A stretch of DNA of 64,000 bases from an uncultured Leptospiraceae bacterium (GTDB lineage Bacteria; Spirochaetota; UBA4802; JAGODF01). Shown here piece after piece: positions 56,468-64,000 of the stretch (the first letter of the stretch is position 1; each line of letters starts with the position of its first letter). The DNA lies in contig CAZVKE010000005.1 of the NCBI GenBank assembly GCA_964627815.1, forward strand, positions 270,083 through 334,082, written 5' to 3'. Below the pieces are notes generated by a model. The model saw only the letters and a program-made list of their open reading frames with translations, was not told the DNA's origin and made no database searches. Position numbers and translations under genes: made by a program.

Positions 56468-58747
56468 ATGGCGCAATGTGTTGAAATCCGCGTGAGAGGG
56501 ATAGTGCAGGGAGTGGGATTCCGCCCCTTCATCTTCCGGATCGCGCATGACTTCCGCATCAACGGAATGGTGTGGAACGACACCTGGGGCGTGCTCATCC
56601 ATGCCGAAGGGGCGGCCGGCGACATCGAAGGATTTATCCGCGAGATAGAGAACAATCCGCCGCCGCTGGCGATCGTTCAGTCCGTCGAAGCGACGGATAC
56701 AGGACCGCGTGGATACGATTCCTTCACCATCGACCAGAGCAGGGTCCTTGAATCGCGGTCGACTTTTATCCCCCCCGACACCTGCCTGTGCGAAGAATGC
56801 CGCCGGGAGCTCTTTGACCCGGCAAATCCGCGGTTCCGTTATCCGTTCATCACCTGCACCCACTGCGGGCCGCGCTTCAGCATCGTCGATGACATACCGT
56901 ACGACCGCTCGCGCACCTCGATGGCCGGTTTCGAGATGTGCCCGCTCTGCAGGCGCGAGTATGAAGACCCGCGCGACCGGCGCTTCCACACGCAGCCGAC
57001 CGCGTGCCCTGTCTGCGGCCCGCGGCTTTCGCTTCACCGCACCGACGGATCGCTCATCTCCGGAGAGATCGAGGAGATCCTCGACCTGACCATGAAAGGT
57101 ATCGGTGAGGGAAAGATTTTCGCGATCAAGGGCACAGGCGGATATCTCCTCGCCGCCGACGCGAGGAACGACGCGGCCGTCATCGAGCTCCGGCGCAGAA
57201 AGGGAAGGCCGTTCAAGCCATTCGCGCTCATGGCCGGTTCCATCGAAGCGATTGAATCATTCCTTGAAATTTCAGAGGCAGAGCGCGACCTCCTGCTTTC
57301 AAAAGAACGTCCGATCGTGCTCCTGAAAGAGAAGCGGCCGTTCGTGAGCCCGCATGTCGCGCCGTCGATACCGTTCCACGGCATCATGCTGCCGTACATG
57401 CCGTTCCACTACCAGCTTTTTGAGCGCAATCCGGAGATGGTGCTCATCATGACGAGCGGCAACGTGTCCGACGAGCCGATCATATTCCGCGACGAGGACG
57501 CGTTCAGCCACCTCGCGCCGATAGCCGACTATATCATCTCATACAACCGCGAGATCGTGTCCCAGACCGACGACAGCGTCATTTTCGTCGAGAACGAAAG
57601 GCCGTATTTTATCCGCCGCTCGCGCGGCTACGTGCCGGTCCCGTTCCACAGCGACGCCTCGAAGCACCAGATACTGGCGACGGGCGGCGACCTGAAAAAC
57701 AGCTTCGCGCTTTCAAGGCGCGATACCGTTATCATGAGCCAGTATCTGGGCGATCTCGCGACACCTTCGGGCAACCGGCTTTATCGGGATACCGTCGATC
57801 GATTTCAGAAGATCTACGATTTCGCCCCGGAGGTGGTTGTATCCGACATGCACCCCGGCTACTTCACGACCGCGATCGCCGACGAGTTCGAGAAGAAAGG
57901 CCTTGCGCGCATGAAGGTCCAGCACCACCACGCCCATATCGCCTCGGTGCTCGAGGACCGCGGCATACGCGGACCGGTCATCGGCATCGCCTTCGACGGC
58001 ACCGGCTACGGGACAGACGGGGCGCTCTGGGGAAGCGAATTCCTGGTCGCCGACAGGCGCGACTTCCGGCGCGCCGCGCATTTCTCGTATTTTCCCCTGC
58101 CAGGCGGAGAGCGCGCGATCAGAGAGGTATGGAAGATCGGCGTCTCGCTCCTTCACCTGCGGTACGGGCGGGATATCCCCCTGTTGAAAGAAAAGCCGCA
58201 GAACCCGATGCTCTTCGAGATCATGGAGAAGGGTATCAACTCTCCGCTCACGTGCAGCATCGGGCGCATCTTTGACGGCGTCGCGGCGATCCTCGGCATC
58301 GCCGACACCATCAGCACGGAAGCTGAAGCCGCGCAGTTACTCGAAATCGCGGCGATGAGAGGAGCGCACGATCCTCGGGAAGCGTTCATAGTTCCGTTCG
58401 AAGGCACGGAGCCGATGGTGCTCGATACCGGCGCCCTGATCGACTATATCGTCGGCCTCACGCGGCAGGGGGAAAGCGTCGAGCGGACCGCATGGCTCTT
58501 CCATTATGCGCTCGCGAAAACCACGGAAAAAATTGTTGAAATAATAAGCGCCGGGACTGAAATACGCACTGTTGCCTTGAGCGGTGGGGTGTTCCACAAC
58601 CGTCTTCTGCTGAAAATGCTTCTTTCAATGCTCGGCGACAGCGGATACGAGGTCTGCCTGCCCGAAAAGGTCCCGGTCAACGACGAAGGCATCGCGCTCG
58701 GGCAGATCGCGGTGGCAAAGGAACGATTACGATATGAACCAGACTGA
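56468..58747 (+). CDS. hypF: [NiFe]-hydrogenase maturation carbamoyltransferase HypF
   Basis: Acylphosphatase domain VRGIVQGVGFRPF. Two Zn-finger CxxC pairs (CLCEEC...CTHCGPRF and CPLC...CPVCGPR). YrdC-like and Kae1-like domains. The start was moved to MAQCVEI (ATG 56468); the ORF extends to 56348. Confidence 0.85.
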   Translation: MAQCVEIRVRGIVQGVGFRPFIFRIAHDFRINGMVWNDTWGVLIHAEGAAGDIEGFIREIENNPPPLAIVQSVEATDTGPRGYDSFTIDQSRVLESRSTFIPPDTCLCEECRRELFDPANPRFRYPFITCTHCGPRFSIVDDIPYDRSRTSMAGFEMCPLCRREYEDPRDRRFHTQPTACPVCGPRLSLHRTDGSLISGEIEEILDLTMKGIGEGKIFAIKGTGGYLLAADARNDAAVIELRRRKGRPFKPFALMAGSIEAIESFLEISEAERDLLLSKERPIVLLKEKRPFVSPHVAPSIPFHGIMLPYMPFHYQLFERNPEMVLIMTSGNVSDEPIIFRDEDAFSHLAPIADYIISYNREIVSQTDDSVIFVENERPYFIRRSRGYVPVPFHSDASKHQILATGGDLKNSFALSRRDTVIMSQYLGDLATPSGNRLYRDTVDRFQKIYDFAPEVVVSDMHPGYFTTAIADEFEKKGLARMKVQHHHAHIASVLEDRGIRGPVIGIAFDGTGYGTDGALWGSEFLVADRRDFRRAAHFSYFPLPGGERAIREVWKIGVSLLHLRYGRDIPLLKEKPQNPMLFEIMEKGINSPLTCSIGRIFDGVAAILGIADTISTEAEAAQLLEIAAMRGAHDPREAFIVPFEGTEPMVLDTGALIDYIVGLTRQGESVERTAWLFHYALAKTTEKIVEIISAGTEIRTVALSGGVFHNRLLLKMLLSMLGDSGYEVCLPEKVPVNDEGIALGQIAVAKERLRYEPD

Positions 58748-59801
58748 ACTGAAACAGCTCGCCGAAAGGCTTAAAACTTTCAGGCTCGACCGCGAAGCGC
58801 GGATCATGGAAGTGTGCGGCACGCACACCACCGAGTTTTTCCGCACCGGCGTCAAGGACATCTTCCCGAAAGGCCTCTCGCTCGTAAGCGGCCCCGGCTG
58901 CCCCGTGTGCGTGACGCCGAACGAGTACCTCGACCGCGTAATTGAGATCGGCAGGAAATACCGCCCGATTATTGCGACGTTCGGGGATATGATCCATGTG
59001 CCCTCATCGTACAGCTCGCTTAAAAATGAAAAGGCCGAAGGCCTGGATGTCGAGATAGTCTACTCGCCGCTCCAGGCGCTCGATATCGCCGAAAAGCACG
59101 CCGACCGCGAAGTGATGTTCCTGAGCGTCGGATTCGAGACCACCGCGCCCACGGAGGCGATCACCATCCTCGAAGCGAAGAAGCGCAACCTCGGCAACTT
59201 TTCGCTCTGTCCCGGCAACAAGCTCACTCCGCCGGCGGTGCGGGCGCTCCTCGATTCCGGAGAGGCCAACATCGACGGGTTCATCATCCCCGGACACGTG
59301 AGCGCCATTATCGGCGCGAAGGGATGGCGATTCATCGCCGACGAATATAAAAAGCCGTGCGTTGTCGCCGGTTTCGCAAGCCACGACCTCATTACAGGCT
59401 CGCTCGTCCTCGCCCAGCTCATCGCCGCGTCGCGCCCCGAGATGCGGAACGAATACACGCGCGTGGTGAAGGAGGAGGGCAACCTCAAGGCGCAGGAGAT
59501 CCTCGAACAGGTCTTCACGACCGGCGACTCTGTCTGGCGCGGCATCGGCTCTATACCAAAAAGCGCATACGTCATCCGCGACGGGTACGCCGACTTTGAC
59601 GCGTTCAGGAAATTCCCGGTCGAACCGCCGGAACCGCGCGAGCCGAAAGGATGCAAATGCGGCGAAGTCCTGAAAGGGCTCATGCTGCCGCCGCAATGCC
59701 AGCTCTTCGCGAAGGCATGCTCTCCGGAACATCCCGTCGGGCCGTGCATGGTATCCACCGAGGGATCGTGCTCCGCATATTACAAGTACGGGAGGCGCTG
59801 A
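58734..59801 (+). CDS. hypD: Hydrogenase maturation factor HypD
   Basis: IMEVCGTHTT (CGxH motif), GPGCPVC, GFETTAP, PGHVSAI, and C-terminal CxxxC...C motifs. Confidence 0.85.
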   Translation: MNQTELKQLAERLKTFRLDREARIMEVCGTHTTEFFRTGVKDIFPKGLSLVSGPGCPVCVTPNEYLDRVIEIGRKYRPIIATFGDMIHVPSSYSSLKNEKAEGLDVEIVYSPLQALDIAEKHADREVMFLSVGFETTAPTEAITILEAKKRNLGNFSLCPGNKLTPPAVRALLDSGEANIDGFIIPGHVSAIIGAKGWRFIADEYKKPCVVAGFASHDLITGSLVLAQLIAASRPEMRNEYTRVVKEEGNLKAQEILEQVFTTGDSVWRGIGSIPKSAYVIRDGYADFDAFRKFPVEPPEPREPKGCKCGEVLKGLMLPPQCQLFAKACSPEHPVGPCMVSTEGSCSAYYKYGRR

Positions 59802-60802
59802 TGTCAGGCAAAATTCTCGCCGGCCACGGAAGCGGCGGCAAGCTCATGAACGAAATGATCGACTCGGTCATCCGTAAGACCCTCGGGCCCGAATCGATCC
59901 AGCTCGACGACTCAGCGGTGCTCCCGATCGGCTCGGAGCGGATCGTATTCACGACCGATTCCTACACGATCACACCGCTCTTTTTTCCGGGTGGGGATAT
60001 AGGCTCGCTCGCCGTGAACGGCACCGTGAACGACCTCTCCGTAATGGGTGCAAAGCCGCTCTTCATCTCGTGCGCGCTTATCATCGAGGAAGGGCTTGAC
60101 ATGGAGCTCTTCGACCGCATTCTCGGTTCGATGAAAACGGCCGCGGACCGCGCGGGCGTACAGATCGTCACCGGAGACACCAAGGTGGTGCAGAAAGGCG
60201 CGGCTGACGGCATTTTCATCAACACGTCAGGGATCGGATATCTACCCCACGGCCTGCAGCGCCGGGAGATCGTACCGGGCGACGCGATCATCGTGAGCGG
60301 CCACATCGGCGATCACGGAGTCGCGGTAATGGCCGAGCGCAACAAACTCACGTTCACGAAAGGCCTACTATCCGACTGCCAGCCGCTGAACGGCCTCATT
60401 CAGCGCGTGGTGAAGGAGTTCCCGTCATCAATCAAGTTCATGCGCGATCCCACCCGCGGAGGCGTCGCCTCGGTGCTCAACGAGATCGTGAAGGATAGAA
60501 ATTTCAGCGCGCGCCTCTTCGAGGAAGAGCTTCCCGTGAAAGACGAGGTGCGCGGCGTCTGCGAGATACTCGGCATCGAGCCGCTCTACGTCGCCAACGA
60601 AGGCAAGGTGGTCATGATCGTGAGCGCCGCCGACGCGAAGGCGGTCTGCGAGCTCATGCGGACCACGGAGGAAGGCAGGGACGCGCGCGTTATCGGCGAC
60701 ATCACCGGTGAATACGCCGGAAAGGCATACCTGAGTACAGCGGTCGGCGGGGAGAGGATCCTTCCGCTTCTGATCGACGAGCAGCTTCCGCGGATATGCT
60801 GA
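59801..60802 (+). CDS. hypE: Hydrogenase maturation factor HypE
   Basis: AIR-synthase-like fold. The C-terminus ...PRIC carries the conserved terminal Cys. The ATG overlaps the hypD stop. Confidence 0.85.
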   Translation: MSGKILAGHGSGGKLMNEMIDSVIRKTLGPESIQLDDSAVLPIGSERIVFTTDSYTITPLFFPGGDIGSLAVNGTVNDLSVMGAKPLFISCALIIEEGLDMELFDRILGSMKTAADRAGVQIVTGDTKVVQKGAADGIFINTSGIGYLPHGLQRREIVPGDAIIVSGHIGDHGVAVMAERNKLTFTKGLLSDCQPLNGLIQRVVKEFPSSIKFMRDPTRGGVASVLNEIVKDRNFSARLFEEELPVKDEVRGVCEILGIEPLYVANEGKVVMIVSAADAKAVCELMRTTEEGRDARVIGDITGEYAGKAYLSTAVGGERILPLLIDEQLPRIC

Positions 60803-60852
60803 AAATCATGCGCTACAATGGATAGTATCCCACATCAGCAAGGAGAAGATCA

Positions 60853-61101
60853 ATGTGTCTGGCAATACCGATGACGATCGTAAAAATAAACGGGAACAGG
60901 GCCGTCGCCGAGCTTAAAGGCGTCGAACAGGAAGTCGATGTCACGCTCATTCCGGATATTCAGCTTAACGAGAAGGTGCTGGTGCACGCGGGCTTTGCCA
61001 TCGAGAAGGTGGATGAGGAAACCGCGAGGGAGATAACCGAACTGCTGGATGAGCTGAACGAACACGCCGACGAGCTCATCAACCAGGGGCCGACGTTGTA
61101 A
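60853..61101 (+). CDS. hypC: Hydrogenase maturation factor HypC
   Basis: The N-terminus MCLAIP is the canonical HypC/HupF signature. 82 aa. Confidence 0.85.
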   Translation: MCLAIPMTIVKINGNRAVAELKGVEQEVDVTLIPDIQLNEKVLVHAGFAIEKVDEETAREITELLDELNEHADELINQGPTL

Positions 61102-61122
61102 CGCCAGGGGCGGCAGCGCGCT

Positions 61123-61635
61123 TCAGACGGCGCACTGCTCCCGGTAGTCCATATACCATGCCAGCTCGGCCTGGGTGAAGTTCCCGTTGATACCGAGGTT
61201 TACGTAGTAATCCAGCAGTATTTTAAGGTGCAGTGCTTCTTCCTTCTCCTCGTCGGTCATTTCGGACGGATGTGAGATGCACGCCATGAAGTTCCTCTCG
61301 ACCCATTCAAAAAATGCCGTGTCTTTCTCAGAGAAGATCGTATGGCTCGATATGATATCGAATTTCACCGTGCTTGAGGCGGACACCAGGTCAGGCTCAC
61401 CTGAGCGGACTTTTTCGAACGCGAGCTCGGTCTGGAAATAATCCCCCCACGTCGTCACCGTCGGCACACTGCCGAAACGCTCCTGAATAGAGTTGATGGC
61501 GCTTTTATGCATATATTCCTTCGAAGAGACCCTGTTGATGAAGTCCCGTATCGATATCAGCGCGTGTAGTTCCTGCATCGATATCGTCCCGTCATTGATG
61601 TGCGGAACAAGTGATTCATTTATGATATATTCCAT
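61123..61635 (-). CDS. Hypothetical protein (170 aa)
   Basis: ORF with moderate composition. No motif recognised. Confidence 0.45.
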   Translation of the reverse strand: MEYIINESLVPHINDGTISMQELHALISIRDFINRVSSKEYMHKSAINSIQERFGSVPTVTTWGDYFQTELAFEKVRSGEPDLVSASSTVKFDIISSHTIFSEKDTAFFEWVERNFMACISHPSEMTDEEKEEALHLKILLDYYVNLGINGNFTQAELAWYMDYREQCAV

Positions 61636-61804
61636 CGATATCTCCCTTTTGCGATAGCTGTGTCGTTACTTATTTTTCGGTTAGCGGAGTAAACGGATTG
61701 ATACTTTTTTAGGCAAACAGGGATGCCGGCGGAATAAAAAATCGTTGAATATATCTGACCATTTTTATATATTCATTTCACCATATGACAAGGGAGGGTT
61801 CACT

Positions 61805-61960
61805 ATGGCAATTCAAACAATAACGGGGCCGGACGCGATGCCCCAGGGGCCGCTTGAGAATTCGCGGGTGCAGACCGAACAGGAAAACACGGAAAAACCG
61901 AAAAACACCGAGAGAGTCAACGAGGAAAACAAAGGGAGGACCATCGATACCACTGCCTGA
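61805..61960 (+). CDS. Small hydrophilic hypothetical protein (51 aa), followed by a terminator hairpin
   Basis: RBS AGGGAGGG, then MAIQTITGPDAMPQGPLEN.... Hairpin aagctccg-tattat-cggggctt plus a T-run at about 61996..62030. Confidence 0.3.
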   Translation: MAIQTITGPDAMPQGPLENSRVQTEQENTEKPKNTERVNEENKGRTIDTTA

Positions 61961-62136
61961 AACCCGCTTTCTGATTGCGCTGATGAATGGGTATGAAAAG
62001 CTCCGTATTATCGCGGGGCTTTTTTATTTCAGGCGGGCAGCCTGATAGAAATCATCATCCCCCTCTTATTTTTTTATTGAAATTCTATCCGCTGAAAAAT
62101 AGCTTTGGATTCCTTAAAATCTACAAATAATTTTTA

Positions 62137-63021
62137 TTGCACATATCGGATAGAACTATCATGGCTACGAAATCTCCTTTCTCGTCAGTTGTATTCGCCG
62201 GTGGCGGAAGCCGCTGTCTCTGGCAGGTCGGGTTCTGGTCGGTTGTCGCTCCCGGACTGAAACTGAAGCCTGAGACCGTCACAGGCGTGAGCGCCGGCGC
62301 TTCCATGGCATGCCTGATCTTCGCCGGTACCGCGGAATCGACGCTTGAGTTTTTCAAGGCCCTGACGGCCGCGAATAAAAAGAACTGCTATCCTTCGAAC
62401 CTTTTCAACGGCGAGCCGGTATTTCCACATTACCGTATGTACCGCGCGGGGATACTCCACGGCATTGACCGGAAGGGGCTTGCGCGAATCAAAAAAGGCC
62501 CTGACATCAGGATCATGATAAGCAGGATACCGAAATGGCTCGGGCCGCGAAGCGCGACTTTTGTCGGCACGGGGATATACCTGGTCGAACGGTGCATACG
62601 AAAATCAGTCCATCCTGTCGGCGGGACGCGCTTCGGCTACGCTCCTGAGGTATTCTCTGTCCGCGACTGCGCCACGCCGGAAGAGCTTGCCGACCTGATC
62701 ATCGCCTCGTCCTGCACGCCGCCGTTCACCCCGATCCAGACCTGGAATGGAAGGCCGTCGCTCGACGGAGGATTTGTTGACAACGTACCGGTGCGCGCCC
62801 TGCCGGAAAAACCGGGCAGGACGCTTGTGCTGCTGTCAAGGCCGTATCCGGAGAGCTCCATTCCGCAAATCGAGGGCCGTGTCTATGTGCAGCCGTCGCA
62901 AAAGACCCCGATCACCAAATGGGACTATACGAGCCCCCGGGGACTCCAGGGAGCCTACGATCTGGGCCGGAAAGACGGCGAGTCGTTTCTCCGTTCGTAC
63001 GGGAAGGACGGCAGGAGGTAA
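62137..63021 (+). CDS. Patatin-like phospholipase
   Basis: Oxyanion-hole region FAGGGSRCLWQVGF. Nucleophile motif GVSAGASMA (GxSxG). Catalytic Asp in SLDGGFVDNVP (DGG). Confidence 0.7.
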   Translation: MHISDRTIMATKSPFSSVVFAGGGSRCLWQVGFWSVVAPGLKLKPETVTGVSAGASMACLIFAGTAESTLEFFKALTAANKKNCYPSNLFNGEPVFPHYRMYRAGILHGIDRKGLARIKKGPDIRIMISRIPKWLGPRSATFVGTGIYLVERCIRKSVHPVGGTRFGYAPEVFSVRDCATPEELADLIIASSCTPPFTPIQTWNGRPSLDGGFVDNVPVRALPEKPGRTLVLLSRPYPESSIPQIEGRVYVQPSQKTPITKWDYTSPRGLQGAYDLGRKDGESFLRSYGKDGRR

Positions 63022-63132
63022 GCTGCATATCAACTGCCGCAGCCCTAATTGTATTTGACAAAAGGCGACCCGCTTAGTAGAGGTTTCCATCCATAAACAG
63101 TTATCATTTACCACTTTTTCAGGAGAGCAAAC

Positions 63133-63339
63133 ATGGACCATGTGTACAGAGTGATCGAGCTTATCGGCACAAGTAAAAAATCGTGGGAAGACGCCGCGCG
63201 AAACGCGGTCGAAAGCCACGCGAAAACGCTCCGGGATCTGAGGGTCGCCGAAATCAAGGAACTTGACATGCGCGTAGAAGACGGCAAAGTGATCCTGTAT
63301 CGGGCAAAAGTCAGCGTTTCTTTCAAGTATAACCAGTAG
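63133..63339 (+). CDS. Dodecin-family flavin-binding protein
   Basis: 68 aa. MDHVYRVIELIGTSKKSWEDAARNAVESHAKTLRDLRVAEIKELDMRVEDGKVILYRAKVSVSFKY matches the dodecin pattern throughout. Confidence 0.75.
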   Translation: MDHVYRVIELIGTSKKSWEDAARNAVESHAKTLRDLRVAEIKELDMRVEDGKVILYRAKVSVSFKYNQ

Positions 63340-63441
63340 TTCCTTTTAGTTTCTGAAAGCTTCACATCCTCTTTTTAACGGGGGATATTTCCGTCCTGAC
63401 GAACCGTATGTACCGTTTTTATTAAGAAAGTGAACCGCCGA

Positions 63442-64000
63442 ATGGCATTTATCGCGAAAAAGATCGTTTCAGCCTTTATCCTGCCTCCCGGCATTTTTAT
63501 TCCCGCGCTGATCGCGATGGCGGTATTCTTTCTCCGCAGGAAGCGGCGCCTGCCGGCCGTCGCTCATCTTGTTATGGCGCTTTTTATCTGGCTTTCAGCT
63601 ATCGCACCTGTCGCACACGCCCTGCTGGTCCCGCTTGAACACGCTTTTCAAATCCCGGTCAATCCGCGGGGGGATGTCATCGTTGTCCTGGGAGGGGGCG
63701 CCTACCGGGGCGTTCCCGATCCCTCGGGCACCGGCGCGCCCAACGCCGAATCAATGATCCGTATGGTGGCCGCGATGCGTCTGCACCGCGCTTCGGGCCT
63801 TCCCCTCATCGTGTCGGGAGGGAAGGCGTTCGCTCAAGATGAAACCGAGGCGCGCCTCATGCGGCGCTGCCTCGTGGAATCGGGCATTCCGTCAGGTAAA
63901 ATCATTACGGAGGAAGCGAGCAGGGATACGCGTGAAAACGCGGTGAACGTATCCCGCATCTGCCGCGAAAGGAATTTCCGCAGGCCTATCCTTGTTACAT
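63442..64000 (+). CDS. YdcF/ElyC (DUF218) family protein, 3'-truncated by the window end
   Basis: MAFIAKKIVSAFILPPGIFIPALIAMAVFFL...DVIVVLGGG...PLIVSGGKA...SRDTRENAV gives the DUF218 GGG/SGG motifs. The frame runs off the window. Confidence 0.6.
   Translation, partial: MAFIAKKIVSAFILPPGIFIPALIAMAVFFLRRKRRLPAVAHLVMALFIWLSAIAPVAHALLVPLEHAFQIPVNPRGDVIVVLGGGAYRGVPDPSGTGAPNAESMIRMVAAMRLHRASGLPLIVSGGKAFAQDETEARLMRRCLVESGIPSGKIITEEASRDTRENAVNVSRICRERNFRRPILVT

Noticed and set aside
56360-57037. 225-aa minus ORF and other frames in 56446..58692
   Set aside because: They are antisense to hypF, which carries unambiguous acylphosphatase and Zn-finger motifs.
59004-59758. 242-aa and 232-aa minus ORFs
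   Set aside because: They are antisense to hypD.

Overview
Bacterial chromosomal segment from a Gram-negative (diderm), probably anaerobic or hydrogen-metabolising organism. The phylum was not assigned; the flagellar P/L-ring genes, Rnf and Hyp operons fit many lineages. Composition is GC-rich in most genes with clearly AT-richer blocks, judged by eye and not computed.

Housekeeping content, in order along the window:
- A secreted GLUG-repeat protein (partial), a DMT/EamA transporter, an ABC-F ATPase and an MFS transporter.
- A SAM O-methyltransferase, a GNAT acetyltransferase, three tandem outer-membrane beta-barrel paralogs plus a membrane-anchored binding protein, and prepilin peptidase.
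- An rnfC-D-G-E-A operon with no rnfB, then MurJ and a B12-binding radical SAM enzyme.
- A 972-aa outer-membrane protein that joins an HExxH peptidase-like domain, a TolB-type propeller and an Omp85 barrel.
- A GHKL-ATPase–HDOD signalling protein, Lon protease, an adenylate-cyclase operon, SPFH/NfeD/adk, a MORN-repeat lipoprotein and flgG-A-H-I plus a rod-binding protein.
- tRNA-Pro(TGG) and tRNA-Arg(TCT), then (after the island) hypF-D-E-C, a patatin-like phospholipase, dodecin and a YdcF/DUF218 protein (partial).

Two things stand out:
1. An ~11.1-kb integrative element sits in the 3' end of tRNA-Arg(TCT). It is bounded by 45-bp direct repeats (43915..43959 and 54985..55029). It carries a tyrosine integrase, an Xis-like protein, a tape-measure-like protein, a P4/D5-type primase-helicase, an iteron-like inverted-repeat array and reiterated CGGTAGCA arm-type motifs. 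Its att-proximal end holds an AT-rich three-gene cargo operon on the minus strand (52687..54534): RHH regulator, a 223-aa unknown protein and a protein with an N-terminal tandem-repeat domain plus a C-terminal BRCT domain. I flag this operon as the strongest candidate for a previously undescribed defence or addiction system.
2. A HesB/IscA-like gene (30148..30450) has an in-frame TGA exactly where the first conserved cysteine of the family belongs, with a hairpin downstream. This looks like a selenocysteine-containing HesB-like selenoprotein that the ORF track missed.

Also notable: a decayed duplicate of the ABC-F gene's 3' end brackets the MFS transporter gene, and a 65-aa stand-alone MshEN-type (c-di-GMP-binding) domain protein.

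All functional calls rest on motifs I recognised by eye; no database search was possible.
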